A DNA stretch of 57,227 bases from Candidatus Nanoarchaeia archaeon (GTDB lineage: Archaea; Nanobdellota; Nanobdellia; Woesearchaeales; GW2011-AR9): the NCBI GenBank assembly GCA_035289385.1, contig DATDXI010000031.1, positions 1 to 57,227 on the forward strand, read 5' to 3'. A program made the position numbers and the translations under genes. The notes beneath the pieces are model-generated. The model was not told where the DNA came from and ran no database searches. It saw only the letters and a list, made by a program, of their open reading frames with translations. Positions 45,011-53,133 of this stretch are shown here, piece after piece. Every line of letters begins with the position of its first letter. The first letter of the stretch is position 1.

Positions 45011-45427
45011 TCAAATAAAGCTCTTCAAGCTCAAGTTAACGATGTTTTCCTTCGCCTGCAAATCCTTAAAATCTTTGTTCAAGGCAAAGAAGAATTGCCC
45101 GTTGCAGAATGATCTTTGCAGAGGAACGCTTTTATTTACTAACGAAGAGATATTCTCTTTTGCTGTCACCAGATCTATCCTGCTCTTTTGAGCTACTTCT
45201 TCAAACGTAAGAGCATGCTCTTCAGTGTATAACACTAAAAATATCTTTTTTTCTGTTGTGGTCAACGGCTCGATACTTAATCTTTCAGCAGAGAGATCTT
45301 GATTGAGCTGAAGGCGGTCTAACCGTTCTGATAATCTGTCTACTTTTTTCTCTACATCGTTGAGGTAATCAAATAGTACCTGGATTTCTCCGGTGTTATC
45401 ATTGATGGAGGAGAGATGTTCTTCCAA
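45011..45427 (-). CDS. hypothetical coiled-coil plus winged-helix-like protein
   Basis: KKIFLVLYTEEHALTFEEVAQKSRIDLVTAKENISSLVNKSV resembles a wHTH. Confidence 0.5.
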   Translation of the reverse strand: MEEHLSSINDNTGEIQVLFDYLNDVEKKVDRLSERLDRLQLNQDLSAERLSIEPLTTTEKKIFLVLYTEEHALTFEEVAQKSRIDLVTAKENISSLVNKSVPLQRSFCNGQFFFALNKDFKDLQAKENIVNLSLKSFI

Positions 45428-45711
45428 AATCTTTTTTATGCTGTCAAAACTTTCGTGAACGATAGTGCATCACCTGCTCTCTATTTTTTGAAATAGTACA
45501 TCTCAAGGATAACGCAACTTACCGACGACAAAACACCGGCTGAGCTGCCTTTCTCCTTGCTAATTTCTACCACAACCCCTGCTTTTTGGAAAACTTTTCG
45601 CCTTTATATAGATTTCTATTTTGTGGATTCTTATGAGGAAAAGACATAAATAGGATCGTTCTTTTTTAGGAAGGTATTAGTATATATTTGTGCGATGATT
45701 GGTGAAAAGAG

Positions 45712-46179
45712 ATGACTAAAATTTCAGCTATCGATCAATTTGCAGATATGGTTAATAGATATATCAAGAAGGATATTCGAAATATTCGCTCAAAGATATC
45801 AGCATTCTATGATGTTATGGGAAAAGCCAAGGAAAAAGATGTAACTCACATGAGAAATGAGCTTTCTGCTTTTGTGTTGCTGTCCAAAAATAATCTCCTT
45901 GCGCATTTAGTAAGCATTGAAGCGGAGTTTCCTGTGTTTCCAAACCATCTTAAAGAAACGTATGAATTGGAGGTTGTCCACTGGGAACTTGTTCAGCGAG
46001 AAGTCGATAAGCTAAACTATTCCCTTGCTAAAAAAACAAGAAATGCTACCGATTTTCTACGTGCTGTTTGCGCTAGGATAGAGCCGTTGATCAGCCAAAC
46101 GGAAGATGAATATATTCAACTGAAGGAATTATTACATGATTGGGAAAATGATATGAAAAACCTTCGTTCTGCATCCTAG
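45712..46179 (+). CDS. hypothetical helical protein (155 aa)
   Basis: ORF only. Confidence 0.5.
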   Translation: MTKISAIDQFADMVNRYIKKDIRNIRSKISAFYDVMGKAKEKDVTHMRNELSAFVLLSKNNLLAHLVSIEAEFPVFPNHLKETYELEVVHWELVQREVDKLNYSLAKKTRNATDFLRAVCARIEPLISQTEDEYIQLKELLHDWENDMKNLRSAS

Positions 46180-46245
46180 TTATTACTTCTAAGTAACATT
46201 TATAAACTACACCTCTTTCAAGCACGTTGAGGTTAATCCTTATCG

Positions 46246-46770
46246 ATGGCTATACCACTATTTCCTGAAACAAGCATTGGGTTACTGGAATTGGTAGATA
46301 GAGGTTTTGAGATAGGTAGGCCAAGGCATTTAGGTATCACTATGGTTCGTGGTCCAAAAGACCATCTTCGTTCTTCAGAGTTAGGTTCTATTGATGTTTA
46401 TGCTGTGCGTTTTGATTATGCGTTGTTGGTTTCTGGTGAGATCTCCTGTATTTTGTCAGCAAGAGATCCTGATGTAACTGGTGTAGTAGCTTATTCTCGA
46501 AGACATGACCCTCATTTTCGAAATCCTTCGCTGCAGCGCTATAACGAGGAAGTTGGTGAACGCTTAGCTGATTGCGCTCTTGATCATTGGCTTGAACGAA
46601 GCAGAGGTGATGCGGCAAATACCAATGTTGAGGGGGTATTTGGAGTACATGTTTATTCTCGGTTATCTCGGGGGAGGATGGCGCTTGTTCTACTGGCTGA
46701 TTCTGATGAAAGAAAAGATAGAATCGTTTCACCCTCAGAAGTACAATACCGTGTTCTGAGCGGGAGATGA
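46246..46770 (+). CDS. hypothetical protein (174 aa)
   Basis: ORF only. ACATTTATAAACT box about 40 nt upstream. Confidence 0.5.
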   Translation: MAIPLFPETSIGLLELVDRGFEIGRPRHLGITMVRGPKDHLRSSELGSIDVYAVRFDYALLVSGEISCILSARDPDVTGVVAYSRRHDPHFRNPSLQRYNEEVGERLADCALDHWLERSRGDAANTNVEGVFGVHVYSRLSRGRMALVLLADSDERKDRIVSPSEVQYRVLSGR

Positions 46771-46846
46771 ATCATGTTTCCATTGCAAGGAGTAGGAATT
46801 CAGACCCAACAAACAATTTAAATAGATTTAGAGATTCTTTTTGGAT

Positions 46847-47656
46847 ATGGTGAATGTTGAAGTAGGTATGTTAAGTCATAAAGAGCATGATAAGGCTTTT
46901 CGAGGCATTGAGGGGGTTATTGACTTGCTTCATCATGAAAAAGATAGATTAACTTCACTAACCGCTTTTACCGACAGAAAAATAATTTTCTTATTGGAAG
47001 GAACAGGCCTTTTTCATGATAACTTTGTAAATACTATAGGGCAGCTCAATGATTTTTTGCAGCAGCTTTCTGAAGCAACAACTTTTGAAAACTTTGCTGC
47101 CACCAATAGTGGTATACGCCGTTGCATCGAAAAGATAGAGACGATGATGAGGGCAGCTTATGATTTTATTACCAAAGCATTAGCTTGGACAGCACAACTT
47201 TTAGAAGATGAGCATAGGATCAGATTATTGGTTGCTGATTATTATCATAAGGGGAGGATAAGTGGATTGACTGATGAAGAAGAAGCAGAGATGGCTCGAG
47301 TTGCGGAACTTATTAGTAAGGACATTCAAAATTTATCTTTAGCATTACAGCGTCTGCAGCAGCTGTTTATCATAGGTAGAGGAAAAAAAGGGCTTCTACC
47401 CGTTCTTCTCGCATTATTAAAGGAGTATAATCCATCAAAAGGATATGACCGAAATTTTACCATTAAGTTTCGCCAGCAAGTTCGGGATATAGCAGAACGT
47501 ATGAACAGATTGAAGATAGGTGTCATCAATATCGAAAGGCATCTTGCAAAAGAAGAGCATACTATTGAAAATGCCTTATCTGTCCGCGAACAATTTCTCC
47601 ACCAGCTCGTGGGTAAGAAAATTATTGTAGAAGAGAGGGCAAGAAGGAGTGCTTAG
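46847..47656 (+). CDS. hypothetical coiled-coil protein
   Basis: ORF with a CAATTTAAATAG box about 25 nt upstream of the ATG at 46847. The track start 46841 is a TTG. Confidence 0.5.
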   Translation: MVNVEVGMLSHKEHDKAFRGIEGVIDLLHHEKDRLTSLTAFTDRKIIFLLEGTGLFHDNFVNTIGQLNDFLQQLSEATTFENFAATNSGIRRCIEKIETMMRAAYDFITKALAWTAQLLEDEHRIRLLVADYYHKGRISGLTDEEEAEMARVAELISKDIQNLSLALQRLQQLFIIGRGKKGLLPVLLALLKEYNPSKGYDRNFTIKFRQQVRDIAERMNRLKIGVINIERHLAKEEHTIENALSVREQFLHQLVGKKIIVEERARRSA

Positions 47657-47764
47657 GGGGTTATCGTGCATGAGGAAGAATTCTCTTTCTAAATAGTTCT
47701 CTTTCTAAATAGTAGTGTAAATAGTACAATAACTATTATAAATAGGAATATTTGCTGATCATTT

Positions 47765-48610
47765 ATGGGTATAGAATTGGTTGTTCTGGATTGGGATGGA
47801 ACAGTAACAAAAGTAGATGAAGAAGCTGGTCCTGCGGTTGATGGTTGGAGAGAAGATGTTGGTGTTGAATTGAAACTTTCTACCTTTGAAATTGAAAGAA
47901 GATGGTCAGCAGCACAAGCTACAATAGAAGCGCATCCAGGCAAATATGGATGGTACTTTGGTAAAGAGAAGCGAATCGTTGCTCCTGCTTATGCTGATCC
48001 CCTTATCATGGCTAGAACGATCACGGAATTATTATTTGATGAAGCAGGAGTTCTTATGAATAGAGAAGAAAGAGAAGAGATTTTACAGAACAGATTCTTT
48101 TTGGGAAATTATCCTAAAATGCTTACTGTTTTTAAGGAAGATGCTGATACCTTTTTGACAGAACTTCGTGCAAGATATGATGTTGTTATTGTAACAAATT
48201 CTGGAACGGAGGGAGTCGCAAAGAAGGTTGCACAATTGCCAACAGATCATTCGGCTCTTCGAATTCATGGAGATGCTAAAAAATACGTTCTGGATTTAGA
48301 ATGGAAAGATGTTCCTGAAAGTGTTGAAAGAGCAGGTTATGGAAGACCATTGTTTTTACAAAGGAAGCAGTATAATGATGTTCTTTTACGATTGATGGGT
48401 GAAAGAGGTTTGAATCCAAGACAAGTTGCCGTTGTAGGAGATATTTATGAACTGGATTTATTGGTGCCGGAACATTTAGGTATGAATATTGTCTTAACAC
48501 CTCGTGCAAGCACGCCTCAATTTGAGGTTAATGCGGTGAGAACATCTTCTTTTGGGTACGTTACACAAACATTGAGAGAAGCACTTCCGCATCTAGAATC
48601 TTGCCGATGA
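47765..48610 (+). CDS. HAD-superfamily hydrolase
   Basis: Motif I VVLDWDGTVT, motif II VTNSG, and VGDIYELD near the C-terminus. Confidence 0.75.
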   Translation: MGIELVVLDWDGTVTKVDEEAGPAVDGWREDVGVELKLSTFEIERRWSAAQATIEAHPGKYGWYFGKEKRIVAPAYADPLIMARTITELLFDEAGVLMNREEREEILQNRFFLGNYPKMLTVFKEDADTFLTELRARYDVVIVTNSGTEGVAKKVAQLPTDHSALRIHGDAKKYVLDLEWKDVPESVERAGYGRPLFLQRKQYNDVLLRLMGERGLNPRQVAVVGDIYELDLLVPEHLGMNIVLTPRASTPQFEVNAVRTSSFGYVTQTLREALPHLESCR

Positions 48611-48716
48611 GAAGCGGGATTTCTTGGAGGTATACTCTAGTTTATCAGCTGATTTTTCTAAGGCTATATTTAATAAATGATTCTCTATTTACTGTTATAA
48701 CCCATTCATCGTCCCC

Positions 48717-49346
48717 ATGATACAATCAAAAAAATCGTTAGAGCTGGAGTTAAGCAAGCTAAAGGTCTTTGAAAAGCCATCTCTTCAGCTGGAACAATAT
48801 GCCACCCCTAGTCATATCGCTGCAGATTGGATCTGGATCATGGCCATGAGGGGAGAAGTTATGGGAAGAACCATCCTTGATGCAGCTGCCGGTCCGGGAA
48901 TTTTAGGCCTGGGATTATTGTTGATGGGTGCTAAAAAAGTGTATTTTGTTGACAAAGATCCAGTAATTTTACAGGTTTGTAGTGATAATTACCATCAAAT
49001 TAAAGAGGAATATGAAGTTGGAGAAGCAGAGTTTATTACGTCAGACATCAGCTTGTTCGATGAGCATGTTGATCTTGTCGTGCAGAATCCGCCATTTGGC
49101 ACGAAAGATGAGCATATCGACAAACTCTTTTTAGAAAAAGCATTTGTTGCTGCACCATTAGTGTATAGTATGCATAAATTCTCTACAAAACAATTTGTGG
49201 AAGCGATCAGTAAGGATTATGGATTTATGATTACGGGAGTCTGGCGTTATGAATTTCCGATCAAAGCGCAGTTTTCTTTTCATAAGAAGCTGGTAAGGAA
49301 TATTGATGTGGGATTGTGGAGAATGGAAAAGAAGGTACGTATTTAG
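48717..49346 (+). CDS. METTL5-like N6-adenine/RNA methyltransferase
   Basis: Motif I ILDAAAGPGILG and motif IV VVQNPPFGT. The final V-R-I-stop is encoded by MITE copy 3. Confidence 0.85.
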   Translation: MIQSKKSLELELSKLKVFEKPSLQLEQYATPSHIAADWIWIMAMRGEVMGRTILDAAAGPGILGLGLLLMGAKKVYFVDKDPVILQVCSDNYHQIKEEYEVGEAEFITSDISLFDEHVDLVVQNPPFGTKDEHIDKLFLEKAFVAAPLVYSMHKFSTKQFVEAISKDYGFMITGVWRYEFPIKAQFSFHKKLVRNIDVGLWRMEKKVRI

Positions 49347-49571
49347 TTTGGTTGAAAATAGTGGCAAGGTCAAGAGGTAAAATCCATAAAGAGCTTCGTA
49401 AGATCATAAAAATCTAGAGATTTTTAGGATGCAGAAATCAGAGAGATTTCTTGCATAAGTCTAGTTGCGAGGCTTTACGCTTAAACAGATAGTTATCATA
49501 TGGTTCTTAATGAAAGCCTCACTGGATTTTACGACCTGCCACTATTTTCTTTTATCGAACTAAATACGTAC
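49335..49571 (-). mobile_element. MITE-like element, copy 3 (237 bp long variant, inverted orientation)
   Basis: Termini GTACGTATTTAG / CTAAATACGTAC. 8-bp duplication AAAAGAAG (49327-49334) / AAAAGAAA (49572-49579). Confidence 0.95.
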
Positions 49572-49586
49572 AAAAGAAAAAATAAT

Positions 49587-50189
49587 TTAGATTGATCTGC
49601 CGATCCATAAGACAACAAGTATCCCTAACGTATTCAACAGGTAAGATATCACGGAGAAATACTTTGTGGAAATTGTTCTAGAAGCAGCCAATAAAGAAAC
49701 GCCGATCTCATCAGGCAAAGGAGAAGCGATAATAAATCCGGCAAAGACCGTCAGAAGATATTTTTTAAATACGGTTGGAAGATGATTATTCCAGCGTTGC
49801 ATTGCCTGTATCGCTTTCTCTTGAGATAATTTTTTTATTTCGTCTGCGGAAGTATATCGTATATATCTAAAGATGATTAAGTCTCCTAACAATGCACCAA
49901 AGCCGGCTAGAGAAGCGGCTAAAAAAATATGTTGTTCTTTTCCCAGAATCAATAACAAAGCTGTTGCTGGAGCAGCAGTAAAGCCATAAGCAAAGAATAT
50001 TCCTGCCAGGAAAGTTCCTAAATATCCTAACGCTGATAGCAGATCATGAACAACAGATACATTACTGCCAATCAATAGAACGTAAGCAACGATGAAGGTG
50101 AAGAGTAGGAACAGTAGTTTAGGATATTTTATTCTACGATGCTTTCTCTTTGTCATAATTTTCATTGCAGCCATAGCATCTAACCCCAT
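49587..50189 (-). CDS. integral membrane protein (200 aa)
   Basis: About 5 TM helices. Its start overlaps the msrA stop by 10 nt. Confidence 0.6.
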   Translation of the reverse strand: MGLDAMAAMKIMTKRKHRRIKYPKLLFLLFTFIVAYVLLIGSNVSVVHDLLSALGYLGTFLAGIFFAYGFTAAPATALLLILGKEQHIFLAASLAGFGALLGDLIIFRYIRYTSADEIKKLSQEKAIQAMQRWNNHLPTVFKKYLLTVFAGFIIASPLPDEIGVSLLAASRTISTKYFSVISYLLNTLGILVVLWIGRSI

Positions 50190-50740
50190 ACCTTCTTCTT
50201 GAACTGCACTCTTCCTGAACCGGCTTCATACGCTTTATAGTGAGTGGGATTTTTCTTATAAAACTGTTGATGAAAGCTTTCTGCTTTCCAAAACTTCTTT
50301 AAGGGTATAATCTCCGTGACGATAGGTTTATCAAATTTTTTTGATTTCTCTAGCTTCCTCTTTGAAGCTTCAGCGATCTTTTTCTCCTCATCATTCTGGT
50401 AGAAAATAGCCGTATTATATGATTTGCCACGATCAGCAAACTGGCCCCCATTATCTGTCGGATCGATCTGTTTCCAGAAATGCTCGACTAAATGGGAATA
50501 GCTAACTATCACTGCGTCATACTGCACTTCAATCGCTTCACGGTGTTCTGTCTTACCATAGGTAACATCTTCATAGCTTGGATTAAGCTCATCACCACCA
50601 CAATATCCTGGCAGAACATTCTTGACACCTTCCAAATTTGCAAACGCCGGCTCCATGCACCAAAAACAGCCACCAGCAAAATAGGCTTTATTTAGTTTAT
50701 GTTCTTTGTCTACTTTATGTTTTTTATCCATGGCTACCAT
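50180..50740 (-). CDS. msrA: peptide-methionine (S)-S-oxide reductase
   Basis: GGCFWCMEP active site. The start is placed at MVAMDKK because the track start 50764 lies only about 10 nt from the shared TATA-like box. Confidence 0.9.
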   Translation of the reverse strand: MVAMDKKHKVDKEHKLNKAYFAGGCFWCMEPAFANLEGVKNVLPGYCGGDELNPSYEDVTYGKTEHREAIEVQYDAVIVSYSHLVEHFWKQIDPTDNGGQFADRGKSYNTAIFYQNDEEKKIAEASKRKLEKSKKFDKPIVTEIIPLKKFWKAESFHQQFYKKNPTHYKAYEAGSGRVQFKKKVWG

Positions 50741-50764
50741 GTATTCGTTTACAAAGGATATCAA

Positions 50765-50781
50765 GAAAGTTTAAAAAGCTT
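50765..50781. promoter_or_regulatory. shared AT box (GAAAGTTTAAAAAGCTT) between divergent msrA and the radical SAM gene
   Basis: About 19 nt before the ATG at 50800 (+) and about 25 nt before the ATG at 50740 (-). Confidence 0.5.
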
Positions 50782-50799
50782 CGGGCAGCTCAGCAGGGC

Positions 50800-51963
50800 A
50801 TGAAAAAAAATCAGTATCATTCTTACCAGCATGGCGAGTTGCCGAAAGGATGCCAATATTGTGTCAAAGGTGAAAAATTAGTCTTGTTTGTTACTGGAAT
50901 CTGTCCTAGAAAATGCCATTTCTGTCCAGTATCTGATGAAAAATATCAAAAGGACGTTCAATTTGCCAATGAGAGAAAAATGTTAGAAGCAACGTCTGTT
51001 GAAGAGCTGATGAAAGAAGCGGAAATGATGCAGGCGAAAGGTGCTGGTATTACCGGTGGTGATCCTTTAGCCAGATTAGATAGGACCTGTTCTTATATCC
51101 AGAGATTAAAAGAAAAATTTGGGAAAAGTTTTCATATTCATCTCTATACGTCACTTAATCTTATCACCATGGATACTTTACAAAAATTATATGATTCTGG
51201 CTTAGATGAAATACGCTTCCACCTCGATCTTGATGATAAGAAGTTTTGGGATAGATTATCTCTTACCAAAAAAATGAGCTGGGATGTAGGGGTTGAAGTG
51301 CCTTTAGTTGTGGGAAAGGAAAAGGAATTGAAAGAGATGATCGATTTTATCTCTGGAAAGGATGACCATATCCTAAAAGCAGATTTTCTGAACCTGAATG
51401 AATTAGAGCTGGCAGATAATGAGCATTATACTCAAGAAGGAAAAGCGAAGAATGAGACTAGTTATGCTATCGAAGGGAGTGAAGGATTAGGCTTAAGGCT
51501 TTTGGATTATGTGGAGAAGAATGCATACAAGCTCAATGCACATCTCTGCACAGCAAAGCTCAAGGATGGCGTCCAATTGGCGGAAAGGATAAAGCGTGAA
51601 TCAGTGATGATGAGAAGAAAATTTGATCAGGTAGATGAAGAAGGAATGCTTATCCGTGGGGCATTATATCTCCCAGAGCTGATGCCTGGCTTCAATTATC
51701 GGGAGAAATTAAAGCTGCTTCCAGCAACAGAGAAAGAGGAAATCCTAAAAAAGCTGCAAGTATTCTATGAAAGGATCAAAAAGAAGTTCAAGCTAGGTGA
51801 TGATGAGATCAGCCTTGATTCTGAAAAATGCCGGATTCTCCTTTCCAGAAGATTATGCAAGAAAAAAGCAGGGTACTTTTCAGAGATGGGATTAAAGCCG
51901 GCTGCGGTCATCGAATATCCTACTGCTGACCAGTTAGAGATTGAAGTGGAGTTCTGGGAGTAA
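50800..51963 (+). CDS. radical SAM protein
   Basis: CPRKCHFC (CX3CX2C) near the N-terminus. The start is set at MKKNQYHSY downstream of the TATA-like box. Confidence 0.85.
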   Translation: MKKNQYHSYQHGELPKGCQYCVKGEKLVLFVTGICPRKCHFCPVSDEKYQKDVQFANERKMLEATSVEELMKEAEMMQAKGAGITGGDPLARLDRTCSYIQRLKEKFGKSFHIHLYTSLNLITMDTLQKLYDSGLDEIRFHLDLDDKKFWDRLSLTKKMSWDVGVEVPLVVGKEKELKEMIDFISGKDDHILKADFLNLNELELADNEHYTQEGKAKNETSYAIEGSEGLGLRLLDYVEKNAYKLNAHLCTAKLKDGVQLAERIKRESVMMRRKFDQVDEEGMLIRGALYLPELMPGFNYREKLKLLPATEKEEILKKLQVFYERIKKKFKLGDDEISLDSEKCRILLSRRLCKKKAGYFSEMGLKPAAVIEYPTADQLEIEVEFWE

Positions 51964-52007
51964 ATTCTTGATGGATCCACAATCCTGCTTTTTTACAATA
52001 ATGAAAG

Positions 52008-52022
52008 GAAGCTTTAAAAATA
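52008..52022 (+). promoter_or_regulatory. BRE/TATA-like box (GAAGCTTTAAAAATA)
   Basis: About 60 nt upstream of the csp ATG. This implies a leader of roughly 35 nt that carries a GGAG Shine-Dalgarno-like site. Confidence 0.45.
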
Positions 52023-52081
52023 GGCTTAGAATTTATCGATAAAAGTGCTCAAGAAAGAGCATCGAAGGAGTGAGAAGTAAA

Positions 52082-52384
52082 ATGGAAGGAAAAGTAAAAT
52101 TTTTTAACAGAGTGAAAGGCTTCGGTTTCATCACCGGAGACAACGGTAAGGACTACTTTGTCCACTATTCTGGAATTACGCCAGGAACTTTTATCCGTGA
52201 AGGAGACGTAGTCTCATTTGACGGCTCTGAAGGGGATAGAGGATTGAAGGCTGAAAATGTCACGTTACTGAAGAAGGCCAGTGAATTGGCAGGCAGTGGA
52301 TCATCTCCAGCTGCTCCTCAAGAAGCTGACAACGAAGAAGCTGACGAAGAGTCTGAAGATTCTGACGAAGATCAGGAAGAATAA
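52082..52384 (+). CDS. cold-shock domain protein with an acidic C-terminal tail
   Basis: KVKFFNRVKGFGFI (RNP1) and FVHYSGI (RNP2). Tail ...EADNEEADEESEDSDEDQEE. Confidence 0.85.
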   Translation: MEGKVKFFNRVKGFGFITGDNGKDYFVHYSGITPGTFIREGDVVSFDGSEGDRGLKAENVTLLKKASELAGSGSSPAAPQEADNEEADEESEDSDEDQEE

Positions 52385-52447
52385 GATCATTCTTTCTTTT
52401 TATTATTTTTCTTTATTCTCTTTACTATTCTCTTTATTTATAGTATC

Positions 52448-52819
52448 TTAAGAGTTTCTAGGGATACTCTCTGATAATGGTATTTTGATGCTGTCCCCTA
52501 CATTACAACACCTTGCTTTTTCTCGAGAATCTTTATCTCCCAATTCGATAACATACATTGCTTTTGTATCAGAATTCCAGAAGGAGAAGGGCTGGAAAGC
52601 CCGCTTTATTTCTATAACCTCTCGTTGTTCATTCAACAGCAGTACATCAATGGGGTAAAAGACCATCAGCATATGCAGGGAGATCTTTCTTTCAGAAGGA
52701 AAGATCATGACGAGATTCTGCCTCTTTCTAAACATCAAACCCAGCATCTGGGTGAGGTGAGTCCTGCATATTTTTTCTTTAGTAGAGAATACTATTTTCT
52801 TATTATTGTTGATGAGCAT
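52448..52819 (-). CDS. DUF192-family protein
   Basis: GLMFRK...MIFP...HMLMVFYPIDVLLLNEQREV...YVIEL matches the DUF192 pattern as I recall it. Confidence 0.7.
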   Translation of the reverse strand: MLINNNKKIVFSTKEKICRTHLTQMLGLMFRKRQNLVMIFPSERKISLHMLMVFYPIDVLLLNEQREVIEIKRAFQPFSFWNSDTKAMYVIELGDKDSREKARCCNVGDSIKIPLSESIPRNS

Positions 52820-52891
52820 TGTGGCGAGGTATCATTTTAATAATGATAAGCCATAAATAACATTTAAAATTAATAAATGTGCCTATTTCTT

Positions 52892-53127
52892 CTACGTATT
52901 TAGTTTCATAAAGAAAATAGTGGCAGGTCGGAAAATTCAGCGAGACTTTACGTAGGAAAGGAATGAAAAACACTATATTTAAGCTCAAAGTCTCGCAGCT
53001 AATCTTGTGCAAGAAATCTCTATGATTTCTGCATCCTAAAAATCTGTTGATTTTTATGATCTTACGAACCTCTTAATGAATTTTCCATCTTGACCAAGCC
53101 ACTATTTTAATAGAACTAAATACGTAC
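52892..53127 (+). mobile_element. MITE-like element, copy 4 (236 bp long variant)
   Basis: Termini CTACGTATTTAG / CTAAATACGTAC. 8-bp duplication TATTTCTT (52884-52891) / TATATCTT (53128-53135). The right duplication overlaps the leuS stop codon by 2 nt. Confidence 0.95.
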
Positions 53128-53133
53128 TATATC

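Noticed and set aside
49335-53127. Inverted long MITE copies 3 and 4 flank 3.3 kb (membrane protein, msrA, radical SAM, csp, DUF192). This raised the possibility of a composite transposon.
   Set aside because: Each copy has its own matching 8-bp duplication (AAAAGAAG/AAAAGAAA and TATTTCTT/TATATCTT). The outer flanks do not match each other, so the two insertions were independent. The arrangement could still promote inversion.
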